NCBI RefSeq assembly: GCF_018350175.1
Contig: NC_058368.1
Coordinates: 106,828,001 to 106,892,000 of the forward strand
DNA from: Felis catus
Lineage: Eukaryota
Length of the DNA stretch: 64,000 nt
Direction: 5' to 3'
The position numbers were made by a program, and so were the translations under genes. Numbering within the stretch: the stretch's first letter is position 1; each line of letters starts with the position of its first letter. Positions 25,469-38,972 of this stretch are shown here, piece after piece. The notes below the pieces were generated by a model, which was not told where the DNA came from, did not search any database, and saw only the letters and a list, made by a program, of their open reading frames with translations.

Positions 25469-28400
25469 GTAGAGTCCAATGATGATCCTGACAAAAATAA
25501 TTTTAATGAAGTAGTTGAGTCAAAAGATTAAATAGAGTGGATTCAAAAGAAAATAATCATGGTGTGAACTGGAGAAAAGACTCAAAGTAACTCAGGAAAT
25601 CTTGCTGAAAGAAGAAAACAAAAATGTGGCAATAGCTGGAGGGGAATATGAGTCAAAGAGTTTGTTGTTGTTTTTAATAAGGGAGCCTATATATGATTGT
25701 TTGCCAATGTGCATTTTCTAGAATAGGACAAAAAACTAGTGATGCAAAGGAGAGAGCAAAAAAAAAATTGCTGTTGTGATATCCTTGAGTAGGCAAGATT
25801 GGATAGAGGGAGTAGTTGACTACCTAGAAATATGGACAGCACATCCCTCATAACAGGAGAAAGGACAGTATCTGAGCAGCAACAGGTTTCACGAACTTAT
25901 CCTTAAAGAGCATCTTGCTGAGCATGAAGGTGGAACAGAAGACATTAGAATTTTGAAGAGTGATGTGAATGGTCACTTAAGACAATGAGAGAATGAATGA
26001 ATTGGGTCCGTGTATTTTGATTTTTCAATAGCTTTCATGGTTCACTTGAAGTTAATGGTCATGAATTTAGTTTGACTCCAGTCATCATAATAATATGTTG
26101 CCCTCCAGCTGTGTACAGCATTTGGATACACTTGTGAGTGAGTTTGGAAATTGCCAGGTGAGTATAATAAAATGAGAGAACATGGTCCCAAGGTTGAATG
26201 CAAGGAGTTGAAAATGGTTGACCGTGGAATTTAGTTGTATAAGGAACAAGGTCAAGGTATGAGGGGATTGAAAGACAGTAGAAAGGTGGTAGGACTGACA
26301 GACGCCATAGCTCAGTGGGGATAAAGAACTTTTAGACTTGGGGTACTCAAGGAGAAGGAATGGAAGTACAGGAGATGGTGACAGAAAATAGAGGTTAGGT
26401 TACGGAGGGGTTATAGTTTTGGTAATAACAAAATGAGGAAAATTGGTGGCTTGAGTAAAGTGAAAGGCAAGATCTCTGGGTAGGGATCCATTCAAATGAA
26501 TACTGTAAACACAAAAATAGTGCCAGGGGCAGTGTTAGCAAATATCACAATCACCTAGAAGATAAAATCTTAGAGAGAGGGAGTGACCTAGGAGTTGATG
26601 CAGCAGCAAGGAAAATGTGTCACAGAGTCTGATCCAAAGGTGTAGGTTTAAAAAGAAGAAAAGGAAGATGGTCTGGTCATAGCAGTGAAGAGCTTGGACA
26701 GCCATGCCACCTCTCCATCCAAAGGTGTGGGACCTAAGTAAGAAAATGGTCACCCCGCTGGAAGTACAACAAACAGTACCCTCAGGAGAGAGGGGGAAAA
26801 GGTGGCAAGAACATGTAGAGGTACAGAGGATAGGGAAGAGGATTCCTGCCAGAAAGCTCAGAGCCTTTGGGTTCCCAGCCAACTGCTAGTACACCTGGCC
26901 CTCTCAGGTAGCCAGAGCAAAGGCAACATGGGGGACAAGAGAAGGAGAAGACACAGGACATACTTTGCTCCTGAGGATATAGAGTAATTACAGGGAAAGG
27001 ATGTCAAATTTCTCTAGCAATTATAAAAAATGCTACCAGTCATCCTTGCCACAGTGAAGTTTTTATTGACCATGTTTCTCCAGGGACCCCATTATCGCCA
27101 AGTGACTTGGGATCCTCTGCCCCCCGTCTTCTCTTGCTAGTGGTCCCATAAACACGCAAAGTCCTGTTCCTCTGTTCCACCCATTCTTTAGTGATGCCAG
27201 GGCCCATTACAATTAGGGGGTTCTGCTTTATATCGTCTATCCAAATAAAAACCAGAAGCAAAATTAGAAACAAATACATTTGAAATGAAAATCTGTACAA
27301 TTCGAATTTTCTCTTTAATACAACTCACATAAAAGGAAGACCCGCCCCCATCCAATGGTGAGCTGCAGGGCAGTAGAGTGATGACAGGGTTGATAGTTCT
27401 TGTTAGACCCCTGAAAGGCATTCATTAAAATCTGTTTGTATTTGAAACTCTAAACAGAAAAATGTTTGCCCAGTAAATTTCATTTTCCTCATTTTTTTTC
27501 TTTCTTCTGCAATTGCAGTCAAAAAGGAGCTACATTAGAAGTAAACATACAGAATTTGTCAATCCTCATTTTGAATAAACAAATTTATGGGGGAGGGGTG
27601 GTTAAATTTTTTTTCCCCAAAATCACATTCATTACAATCTAGATTGTGTTTTGCCAATTGCCAAACCTTAAGGAATAGAGATTTGCTACGTCTAGATATT
27701 CTTAAACATAACTTCTTAATTATCAATATGAGAAAATTTAAATGTGTAGAGATTAAGGGACTTCCCAAGGCCACATGCCCTGTGGGAGTAGAGTTCAAGT
27801 TAGAATCCAGGACTCCTAAACTCAAATCTTCTCTCTTCCTCACATCATATTTTCTTCAAGAGCAGCTCAAAAGGCTTAATGTCATTTCTTTTCACAAAAT
27901 AGGTCAGGTCCCTTAGAGATCATATAAGTTTTGTTTTGATTCAAAGAGATGTTTTACTGAATCTGTTCAATGAGAAATTAGATATGTTTTTGTTTTTATT
28001 TTGTAAAATAAGTCCTAATTATACCCAGTCTTTATATGATTTGCGCTCGCACAGACCTTCTCTCTCAAATCTGTTCCACTGTGTTCATTCAACAGTTTTC
28101 AATTATCTCTATGTTAATAGGGTACATATTACTTTCAATGCCAAGATATTTCTGGGCTTTTGGTATTATTTTCCTTTGCAGTTCATAAATAAAGTGGATG
28201 GACAGGATTTCAGGAATCGTATCTTTTCGAACTTCGTATTGTCCATTTTATAGCCAGAAAGAGCTCTGTAATCTTTCAGCGTATTCATGAATTAAAGGAG
28301 AGTCAGTTCAAAGCACAGAACATTGGAAACAGATTCATGCAAAATTTATCTTCAACAGCAAAGGCGAATAATAGCACTATTTTACTTCACAGGACTATAT

Positions 28401-28776
28401 TAAGCAAGAGCAAATAAAATATCACAGAGCTGTATAAAATTTCAATGTTTGACATGTTATTTTTTGGATTCTGTTGTAAGGCGTTAGATTGCCAGCAATA
28501 AGGGGGAAAAAGGAATTTTTAAAAGGTGCCTACTATCAGGTAGCTAAATTTTTATTGTAATGATCTTTTATGTCAGCGTCTCAAAACTGTTTTAGACTGA
28601 AAACCCAAATTAAAGTTAATTCACCGTGCAATATAGTTTTATTAATACTAGTTATTACAAGATATAAAAAGCCTTTAGAAGGAATATTTTTAAATATCAA
28701 ATGGATGTTGATGATCTCAAGAAAAATTTTCCAACACAGTAACATGTATGCTTTTTGACATCATCTTTTCAAATTC

Positions 28777-28845
28777 TTTTTTATTTTTTTTAATGTTTAT
28801 TCATTTTTTGAGAGAGAGATGGAGACCTAGTGTGAGTGGGGGAGG

Positions 28846-28885
<40 letters not shown>

Positions 28886-29010
28886 CACAGGATCTGAAGC
28901 AGGCTCTGAGCCGTCAGCACAGAGCCTGACATGGGGCTCACACCCACTAACTGAGATCATGACCTGGGCCAAAGTCGTACGCCCAACCGACTGAGCCACC
29001 CAGGCGCCCC
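28777..29010 (-). mobile_element. Can-SINE with (GA)n
   Basis: Reverse SINE; degenerate TSD tc(a/g)tcttttc. Confidence 0.94.
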
Positions 29011-30865
29011 TCGTCTTTTCCCATTCTAATGATAGTTCTAGAAAAATTTGAAAGGGTGTATCATTTTATATTTTTGCATTGGCCACTAAAATGGGGTCCT
29101 TTTATTTTCAAACAGCTTAAAATGTATTTGGGAAATAAATGTTTACTTTGCGTTGGTGTTCTAAAACATCTAAAAACTCTTTGAAGGACTGTTTTAAATT
29201 TATTTTGGCACCTCAGATGTAAGGTTTACTGGATCAAGTTCTTTTTGACATAAAAGACCTGTTTTAAGTGCTCTTGGAGTTCAGAGGCATTAGAGGTGTA
29301 TCATTTCTTAATATCTGAGGGGGTATGTGGAATTAGCATTCCAAATACTGGATACAATAACTGCATTACTCTAGAGTTTATTTTGAGCTAGTGGATGAAT
29401 TAATGATATAAAACCTAGAATAAGGACTCCAGAATTCCATAATCCCTTTTGAAATAAATAAATAGTTAAACATGCTTTTAGGAAGTCTAAAGAGATACAA
29501 TTTGAAGGGAACAAAGTAGGTCAAATACCACATTCTTCACATAGTCCAAGCCCTACCAGCTGACAACTCTCATTGTTGGCCTTGTATCATGAGATCCTTC
29601 AGACACAGCTTTCCTTGTGCGTGAACAGATTCTGAGGAGGATCCAAGCCTCCGGGTCCAAGTTGAGGAGACGTCTCCGAATAGAATACCCATACCTTTGC
29701 CCTGGTACAATTTGTTTCCATTTTTCCATCTTAAAGGCACATTGCATGCACCACAGTAAATGTTATTAGTTGAAGAAAATGCACCAAAATATATTTTTTG
29801 TTCTCTGCATTATTTTACTTGAATATTATTTAACACAGTTTTGTATTCCAGTTTCTTTAATAAGAACATTTTATATTAATGTAAACTCTTTATCAACTTG
29901 AATTTTGATACCTACGTTATAATTCATTGACTGAAATTGCCATGGGTAACTGTGCCCCATAGTTAGTCATGTGGTTTGCCAATGACTTTTCACCATTTTC
30001 GGAAGTAGTCTTGAGATGAACCTCTTAGCACAGAAAGTACTTTGGTCTTGACTTACATGCTTACATAGCACTCATTGATTCCTTTACCAATACTGAATGT
30101 GGAGTCAGTATTGCTAAGTGGTCCATTGATGAGTGCTTTCTTCTTTTAGAGAATTCACTGTTCTTTTAGTAGGGGCCAGATAATAGTAAAATCACTACAC
30201 AAAGTGATATGGGAAGATGTAAAAAGCTTTCCAGGGCTATGCCTAGGTGCAAAGGCACTCAGGTTTGTGAGAATGTTTATTTCTGGGGTGTAAAATACGA
30301 GGATCAAGGAGTGGGAAGTAATTTGACCATTTTCTACTTTTTATAGAAAGAAGCTAGTGCATGAGTCCTTGAGTGTTATGCTAGGACTCAAGTTAAATTT
30401 ATCTTGGAAGTTATGGGATCCCATTAAACTACTTATGTGCATGGAAATGATAAGTTCAGTTTGGATTATATATTGGGTGTTGAAAACAATACAAAATAAA
30501 AATATTTTCATTAAAAAAAAGATGAAATAGTCATTTTAATATTAAGCCCAAGCCCTGAGGGAAACTTTTTACAGAAATGTCAAAAAATGACTAAGAATCA
30601 AATGGAATGCACAATTTTGGAAGTTGACCAAGTTAGCAATTGTATGCCTAAAGAAACCCCTGCATTTTACATATTTCTAAGGAGTGCTCAGAGAAGAGCA
30701 CTTCATCCTTATGAAAATATACTTACTTTTGGGTTACTTGCTTGCTGGCCATTGTGAGTTCAATAGAAAATAAGTAGATAATTTGAGAGAAAATGATAAA
30801 GACCAATGACTATATATAATCTCTGTCTTGTAGAGGTCCACAGTTTTATTTAAAAGTTTGGAACA

Positions 30866-31077
30866 GGGGCGCCTGGGTGGCTTGGTCGGCTAAGTGTCCG
30901 ACTTCGGTTTAGGTCGTGATCTCACTGCTCATGAGTTCGAGGCCCGCGTCGGGCTCTGTGCTGACAGCTCAGAGCCTGGAGCCTGTTTCGGATTCTGTGT
31001 CTCCCTCTCTCTCTGATCCTCCCGCGTTCATTCTCTGTCTCTCTCTGTCTCAAAAGTAAATAAATGTTAAAAAAAAA
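30866..31077 (+). mobile_element. Can-SINE
   Basis: TSD aaaagtttggaaca. Confidence 0.96.
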
Positions 31078-33057
31078 AAAAGTTTGGAACATCTAATAAG
31101 ATAGAATTTCATCTACATATACTGAAGCACTGAACACATTCCCAAGAACGTGTTTCCACATTTATGGTGCCAGTTCTAGAAATGTGATCTATGTGGATAG
31201 AATATAGTTTTATTAAAAATATCCATTTCATGGGGTTAAATATAGAGCATAGAAAGAAGATCAGCTTGTATCTGAGACTGGAAAAGAAGGCACATGCATC
31301 TAGTCTTTGTTAAGTGTCTTCAGAGAACAGAGTCAGTAAATAAAAATTACCCTTCATTTTCAGATTTTGCCCGAATTTGGCAATGAGACCAATTGCTTAA
31401 TGGTCATATTCTTGTATTCATAATTGCATTCAAAGCATCACAACTGATTTCCCCAAAACCGATTCAACGGGAATGACCTAGAGGTGAAGTTAATTGCCGT
31501 AAAGCAAGTAATACACTGTCAACAGCTTGCAGCTACTCATGGCTCAGGCGGAAAGCCAGTTACTTCATCACTTTGGGTCCGTCCCTAGGTTCCACAGTAC
31601 GGGATGCATTGTAAATACTGCTATTAGATGCTAGAATGGAAATTTCCTGTGTTGGCTGGAACATAAAAATATATAAAAGAAAAAAGTCAAACAATAACAT
31701 TTCCATATGGCTTGAAGATCTAGTTGTATTTTCATAGGCATAGTGTGCCTGTAGCTGAGCAATAGATTTCTTCCCCCTGATTCTATTGTTTTTGTTCAAT
31801 GAAATTTTTTAAAAGTAGGGCCAAGTCTATCCTCTCTGCCAAAAAACGTATGATGTGAGCTTCCTTGCTCCAGTGTAGATGGAAATGTCCCAATTCATCA
31901 TCACATGCCTTTCCACTTTCCTTGAACACCAAGGTGCTCCCTGAAATGAGATAGAAACCTATGTCTCTTTTGACATATCAACACTTGTCCTCAAAACATT
32001 TTGTTTCAATAGCTTCATATGTGAGCTCTGGGGTAGTATAACTAAAGTTATGCATTTCCTGAGGAAAGGAAAGAAATGCAGTGTAATTAGCCCTGAGTTA
32101 TTTACTGCATGACTACATACATGTTCACAAAGCTTTCTGGATACTGTCTGTTAGTCATTTGTGTGTGTGTGTTGTAGTTGGCAGAAAGCCACTCTTTAAA
32201 TTAGTTTAGGCAACCACATCTATTCTGCAAAAGAGCGTCTTAGGAATTTGAAGGCCTTAAATTCGATTTTAAAACTAACATTTATATTTGATGAAAGGAA
32301 CGTGTATTTTAATCCTGCTTTTAAGTGGGCATCATCATAATGTAGAAATTGTTACTTACATATGTTCGCATTATACAGAACTTGCATAATATCTATTTAA
32401 TTGTGCATCAGGTCATAAAGGTGCACCTGGAACATGGGAAACTAGGAAGAAGTTACCCAAAACTCTGTGTCCCGATTATTTACATTTAGGTAACTCCTAC
32501 CTCCTGAGGCCAGTTTTTTTTTTTTTCTGCAAAAAAAAACGAACATGAGCCATTTCTGCTTTTCTAGCAATTTATTTGAAAATTGAAGTTGGTGGTACTG
32601 AACACTTCTGTGATTACATGTGATGCCACACTCCACCCTTCTTGGCCTACCTGGGAATAGCCTGGACAGCCCCTAAGCATTTACCTCCAGCGTAAAATGT
32701 TGTCTTTTTTTCTACCAGTTGGCATCAGCTTGCCTGAACATGTGAGGTACACAGGTCAGGGCCAGGACTTCTGAGGCAGAGATGTTCATTCAAGTAGGCA
32801 GCTGACCATAAAGTCCTTAGCCTGGACACTGCAGTTGAGCTCACATTCTATTTGCCAAGCTGGGAAAGGGCCTTTTACATGCCTGGCACTATGTTGTCTA
32901 TATGGAGCTCCCATAGAATAAGCTGTATTGCACCGGAATTCTCCAGACCGGGAATAGTTTGGCCAACATTGTGCTACTTGTACTAGAAAATAAAACTGAA
33001 GACCTAAATGATTTCAATAACATGATATGCAATAATCACAGATATAATTGTTAGTTA

Positions 33058-33058
<1 letters not shown>

Positions 33059-33100
<42 letters not shown>
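33059..33100. repeat. (CA)n microsatellite, about 20 units
   Basis: Seen directly. Confidence 0.98.
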
Positions 33101-33103
<3 letters not shown>

Positions 33104-34391
33104 GGGGGTGGAGAGAGAATCCTTTTTGTATACTACAAATTGTCATGGGACTATGCTCAGTGTTGTTGAGAGGCAGGTGAAGGGAAGATCCTCAAACCCA
33201 ACAACTGTTCTTTGCCTTCTACTGGGCCACCTTGTTGCTTCTCCCCATCCCCCATTCAGGTCAAAGCAAAAGCTACTAAAAATTACTCAAAGTAGCTCTC
33301 TGTCTACATTCCTTCTTTTCTTCTTTCTTGATGCCAGCCTTCCCTGTCTGTCAGTTAAATGACAGAGTGACCTCTCTGCCACCAGCCCAGCCTGTCGTAT
33401 TTGGCATGACTGTCATGAATGCTCTGAGTTTCCTAATTACCCATTGCATGACAGTCATGGGACCCTAACTAATGGCCTTTCAGTAGAGACCCAGAAGACT
33501 TGAGATTATTTTCTTAATCCTTTATGACCCATCTGGCCTTAAAATTGTTGGTAGATGTAATTACTTTATAATGTCAAACAATAAGTTAAATTAGATTATT
33601 AAATCTTACATAGATATTTAGACTTTTATAGAGAAACAGAATTAGCATATATTTACTAGGCTCTTTAGGTACCAGAGGAAATAACGAAAATGTTGTCAAG
33701 TAAGTGTTCTTATCGGTCTCAAAGAACAAGAAATACCATACTAGTGGTCATTTTAACCTACTCTAATCAGACTTTATCATAACAGAGAAAGTAGAGAAGC
33801 CATTTTTCTGAAATCTGGTGAAAAATAGCAGGAGTCCCACAGCTTTTCTTAGAGAACATCACAATGAATAGGGAATGAATATTTCTAGAATTCCTCATTG
33901 CGCTAAAACACTTTTATCAGAGACAATAGGAATAAAGGTGTGAGTTATACTAAAAATATACAGAAAAGCCTGCTTTCCATAACTTACTACAGAGCACAGG
34001 TGGTACAGAGCCAAATGATAAAATACACACGCGTGTTTATGTGCTTCCATGAAAGTATACAGGTTTTTTGCAAATTACAGCTTTCCACCACTTAATGCTA
34101 AAAGATAGCATAGTCCTTACCAACAAATCCTTAATTAATGTTTTAGCAACCTATGCTGCCACAATCCCTTGGGAATGTAAAACTTGCCATTTAATTTCTA
34201 GTGAGGAAAACCTTACCATTTATCTTCCTTAAGGCTAGAGATGTATTTGCACGTAAATTTTAAATTATATCTTCATTGATATAACTTGAAATTCCTTTAC
34301 AAATCTGAAAATTACAACCAGCCTATGCACACCTCCTAAGCCCATTTACATAAAGGCCTCTCATTTCTTTATGTTTGTTTGCTCTTTTCAG

Positions 34392-34527
34392 GAGAAAGGA
34401 AGACAACAGTGTCTTGCACAAAAATCATGAACAAAAACATCAGCATTGTGGACAACAAGAAATGCAAGTACCTAACCAAGCCGGAGCCACAGATTCGCAA
34501 GTGTAATGAGCAACCATGCCAAACAAG
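34392..34527 (+). CDS. ADAMTS19: ADAMTS19 internal exon (TSP1 repeat), 136 nt, phase 1-2
   Basis: ttttcag|GAGAAAGG...ACAAG|gtaacc; (G)ERKTTVSCTKIMNKNISIVDNKKCKYLTKPEPQIRKCNEQPCQT(R). Confidence 0.95.
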
Positions 34528-34599
34528 GTAACCCTCTCCCACCACTTGCTAATGCTCCATTTGGCCACTAAATCACTGATCTTTAACACTCAAAACACT

Positions 34600-34817
34600 G
34601 GGGCGCCTGGGTGGCTCAGTCGGTTGAGCACCAACTTTGGCTCAGGTCATAATCTCACGGTTGGTGAGTTTGAGCCCCTCGTCGGGTTCTGTGCTGACAG
34701 ATCAGAGCCTGGAGGGTGCTTTGGATCCTGTGTCTCCCTCTCTCCCTGCCCCTCCCCCTGCTCGTGCTCTGTCTGTCTCTCTCTCTCAAAAATAAAATAA
34801 ACATAAAAGTATTTTTT
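34600..34817 (+). mobile_element. Can-SINE about 70 bp downstream of an exon donor
   Basis: ggggcgcctgggtggctcag head, CT tract, A tail. Confidence 0.95.
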
Positions 34818-34961
34818 AAACACTCCAAGTACTAACAAATCCACATTTTCCTAACAACAGTGCAAAGGAATATATACCAAGATGTAATGTTTTAAACAAG
34901 AAAGATCTAGGAAAGAAAGATAATTGCCTGGATGAAAAGAGTATTAAAGCAGAAAGGATGG

Positions 34962-35203
34962 GGGGCACATGGGTGGCTCAGTTGGTTAAGTGTCTGACAT
35001 TTGATTTTGGTTCAAGTCATGATTTCACAGTTGGGATCAAGCTCCCGGTCAGGCTCTGTGCTGACAATGTGGGGCCTGCTTGGGATTCTCTCTCTTTCTC
35101 TCTCTGCCCTTCCCCTGCTCATGTATATGTCTGTTCTCTCTGTCTCTCTGTATATCTGTCTGTCTGTCTCTCTCTCTCAAAATAATAAATAAGATTAAAA
35201 ATA
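34962..35203 (+). mobile_element. Can-SINE
   Basis: Head, CT tract and tail; degenerate TSD aaagcag(a/c)aagg(a/c)tgg. Confidence 0.93.
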
Positions 35204-35894
35204 AAAGCAGCAAGGCTGGCTAGGACTTACCTCAACTTTAACTGTATTCTCCACAGGATGAAAACAACCACTAAGTGAGACAAAGGAGGTATAATTAAAA
35301 TTGCTTGGTAGTCTGTTGGTCACTTCTTCAAAAACCTGACTATGGGTTGAAGTTAGCTATTTGTTCTTGAATTCTCTGAAATGGTATTGTAGAACTTGCC
35401 AAGGGAGATATAAAACAAAGCAGGACTGGCCGGGACCCAGTCCCTCATGCGACACCAGGGATGGTGTGGTCCTCCTGGTTTCCCAGGCTACGTCTTCACT
35501 TCCTCTCCCAGAGCTCCCAGGGTGACTGCCCGATCCCTGACCTTCCATCACCCAATTCCTGAGCTGGGTCCTAGTTATTGGGCAGTCCATTTGTCTCGGT
35601 CTCCTGTGACTTCCCCAGTGAGTATGAGGCAACAAAGTAGGCGAGAAACTCTGAAGTAGGAAGTAAGACAGTGATGCTGAGCAGCTGAAAGTGGTGTAGA
35701 AACCTTAGTAACAGGCAGAGATGAAGTGGAACTGGAGTATCATTTTGGAGTGAGCTAGCAGCAAGGTGGTTTGGAGTGGTTCCCATCATAGAGCTGAACG
35801 TCCACGTGTTTTCATATAAAAATTAAGGTTGGGCTTGAGTGGGACTGACCCCCAGTGTCAAAGGTCCTAAAAGCTTTCAAAGATAGAAAGATTA

Positions 35895-36111
35895 GGGGCG
35901 CCTGGGTGGCGCAGTCGGTTAAGCGTCCGACTTCAGCCAGGTCACGATCTCGCGGCCCGTGAGTTCGAGCCCCGCGTCGGGCTCTGGGCTGATGGCTCAG
36001 AGCCTGGAGCCTGTTTCCGATTCTGTGTCTCCCTCTCTCTCTGCCCCTCCCCCGTTCATGCTCTGTCTCTCTCTGTCCCAAAAATAAAAATAAACGTTGA
36101 AAAAAAAAATT
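35895..36111 (+). mobile_element. Young feline Can-SINE
   Basis: CpG-rich; perfect TSD aaagatagaaagatta (35879, 36112). Confidence 0.97.
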
Positions 36112-37149
36112 AAAGATAGAAAGATTAAATGAGTTTGAGGCTGCGTTGAATCCTCTGGAATACAGAGACAGGCACATCTGTTCTATCCCAACACTCAGAG
36201 ATCTGTTGAGGCTCAGGACATAGTTGTGAGTTCCTGGCGAGCCGAACAGAGATTGATCTCCCCTCTCATTGGCTCCTGTACAAGGGACACAGTGAATTTA
36301 CATGTCCTGGAACTCAGGTGTGCAAATAATTTGTAGCTTTATAGCGGTCTATAACTAATATAATGTTCTTCATGACCCTCCACTGAAATGAATAAGTATG
36401 CGGGAGCAGTTTAAAGAGGGAGGAGGAACAAAGTTGCCAATTAACTGTATTTAAACCTTTTTGTCTTAATCTCTTTGGGAATTAGTGTCATTGAGGCTAA
36501 TGCTCAGTTCTTCTGGTTTCCCTGTTCCCCCTGCCTTCCCACCTCTGATGTAGCCCTGATCCTGAGTTCCCTGTATTTCAGGCTTATGGCAAAATTCAGT
36601 TATTAAGCCCTTCAGATCCAGCTCATGCTATATTAATGAGAGCTTAAAAGAATTTAGAAAATCCTTTCTTTCTTTACAATGCTGAAATGTCAAGGCTTGC
36701 TTTTCTGTAGATTCGGTGACAAAAGCTGAGTATCAGCTTTTTCTTGCCTGTCCATTTCTGCTCGAATATTCTTATTCTTCCCCAAACCCCAGGGCAAACT
36801 ATGCTTCTAAGGAAAAGGACAAAAGAATGATATGTAGAAGACCATGCAAAAGATAAAAGCACATTAATATACTTCCAATAGTGTTATGCCCATTCCCTCT
36901 ACTTGACTGTATGGTTTTCAGGATGACTTCATGAGTAGATGAACTAATTAAGATTTTTTTAGGTGGCAGTGGAGTAATCAACAGGAAAAGTGACCTAGGG
37001 AATTACTGTTACCTGCCATCAAGTCCTTGACTCCCCTCTGTTCAGTGCGGGACAAATGGAACAGCAGAGTTTTTGGCCTTTGCCAAAAGAATCTGGACCA
37101 TTTTTGTTATTGCCATTCCTAAGGTTTATCTTTTTCTGTGTCTCTTTTA

Positions 37150-37346
37150 TCTTATTTTTTAAAATATTTGTTTATTTTTATGAGAGCACAAGTGGCTGAG
37201 GGGCAGAGGAGGGGGATGGATCCGAAGCGGGCTCTGCTGATGGGCTGACAAGCAGTGAGCCCGATGTGGGGCTCGAACTCAACAGTGGTGAGATCGTGAC
37301 CTGAGCCAAAGCCAGGCACTCAACCAACTGAGCCACCCAGGCACCC
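37150..37346 (-). mobile_element. Can-SINE
   Basis: Reverse SINE ending gagccacccaggcaccc. Confidence 0.9.
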
Positions 37347-38032
37347 ATCTATCTCTTTTAATAGATATTAAAATGCCACCTTATCTTGTGTTAAATTATT
37401 GCTAAAATATTTCAAAACTTCATTTGTTTCATATACCATATAACTTTTCCATTTGGAGGGAAGAGCATTGGCTTTTCCTGGTGTATCAGGAATCTTCAAG
37501 TTGGATATGAGGACTAGAACATGTTTGTCACTTCCTGACTTTGTCTGCAAGGGATCAGAGTGTACAATATACACACCATTCATTGTTCGTTCGCTGACCT
37601 CGGCTATCTTGAGGGAAAATGCCTTGTTAATGACTTGGTAAAATGAATAGTTTCAAAGGGTGACTACTTTTCTGAGTGAGAGTTTTTTGCACCTGGAGAC
37701 TGGATATCTTTTTTGTTAGAGATTGTTATCTTCCTTCCCTTGGAAAAGGAGTCAATATATCGCAAATCACCAAGAAGCAATGTCAGTGAGGTTAGCCAAA
37801 ACATTGAATAGTAAGAAATGGACACAAGCAATTGTTAAGGTTCATCATAGGAAAACTTTCTGTGACTTACTGGTTTTAATTTTCCTGCCTCTTCTTTCTC
37901 CCCACCCTAGTAAGAAACTTTCTAATTTCCATTTACATTTATTGAATAGAATCAAATAGTCTGACAGAACCCTATATGCCAAATATAAAATATATCAATG
38001 CACTAGTAAATAGCTTTGCAAGAGGGAATCTT

Positions 38033-38566
38033 TTTTTTTCTTCAATATATGAAATTTATTGTCAAATTGGTTTTCATACCAAATTGGTACCCATTGCTCA
38101 TCCCAAAAGGTGCCCTCCTCAATACCCATCACCCACCGTCCCCTCCCTCCCACCCCCCATCAACCCTCAGTTTGTTCTCAGTTTTTAAGAGTCTCTTATG
38201 CTTTGGCTCTCTCCCACTCTAACCTCCTTTTTTTTTTCCCTCCCCCTCCCTCATGGGTTTCTGTTAAGTTTCTCAGGATCCACCTAAGAGTGAAAACATA
38301 TGGTATCTGTCTTTCTCTGTATGGCTTATTTCACTTAGCATCACACTCTCCAGTTCCATCCACGTTGCTACAAAGGGCCATAGTTCATTCTTTCTCATTG
38401 CCACGTAGTACTACATTGTGTATATAAACCACAATTTCTTTATCCATTCATCAGTTGATGGACATTTAGGCTCTTTCCATAATTTGGCTATTGTTGAGAG
38501 TGCTGCTATAAACATTGGGGTACAAGTGCCCCTATGCATCAGTACTCCTGTATCCCTTGGGTAAAT
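38033..38566 (-). mobile_element. Young 5'-truncated feline-type L1 (3' end)
   Basis: Poly-T, C-rich tract, ggcttatttcacttagcat, tgctgctataaacattgggg; perfect 14-bp TSD caagagggaatctt (38019, 38572). Confidence 0.93.
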
Positions 38567-38776
38567 AAATACAAGAGGGAATCTTAAAGATAAGGAAATG
38601 GGATAACTCCAAATTAGGTTAATTCCAAAATATAAAGCGTTTTTTCCCTTATTAGAATATGTTTTACGCTTTAATTCTTATTTTTAAGCAGTTTTCACAA
38701 GGAATGGAAAAAGTAACTTTTACCATTATACTAAGGATATCTCAAATGTATTTTATTTAAAAAACATGAGATTCCA

Positions 38777-38972
38777 GGGGTGCCTAGGTGGCTCAGTCAT
38801 TTGAACGTCTGACTTCAGCTCAGGTCATGATCTCATGGTTTGGTTTGTGAGTTCAAGCCCTGCATCAGGCTTGCTGCTCTCAGCGCAGAATCTGCTTTGG
38901 ATCCTCTGTCCCCCTCTCTCTGCCCCTCCCTTGCTCACACTCTCTCAAAAGTAAATTTAAAGAAACATTAAA
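38777..38972 (+). mobile_element. Can-SINE
   Basis: Head, CT tract and tail; TSD-like aacatga. Confidence 0.93.

Larger units (their letters stand above)
23990..26520 (-). mobile_element. Long L2 LINE remnant
   Basis: ORF-track 24283..24516 contains ISFLDYCNNFL (L2 ORF2 C-terminal SRLDYCNSLL-like motif); purine-rich + strand throughout. Confidence 0.75.
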
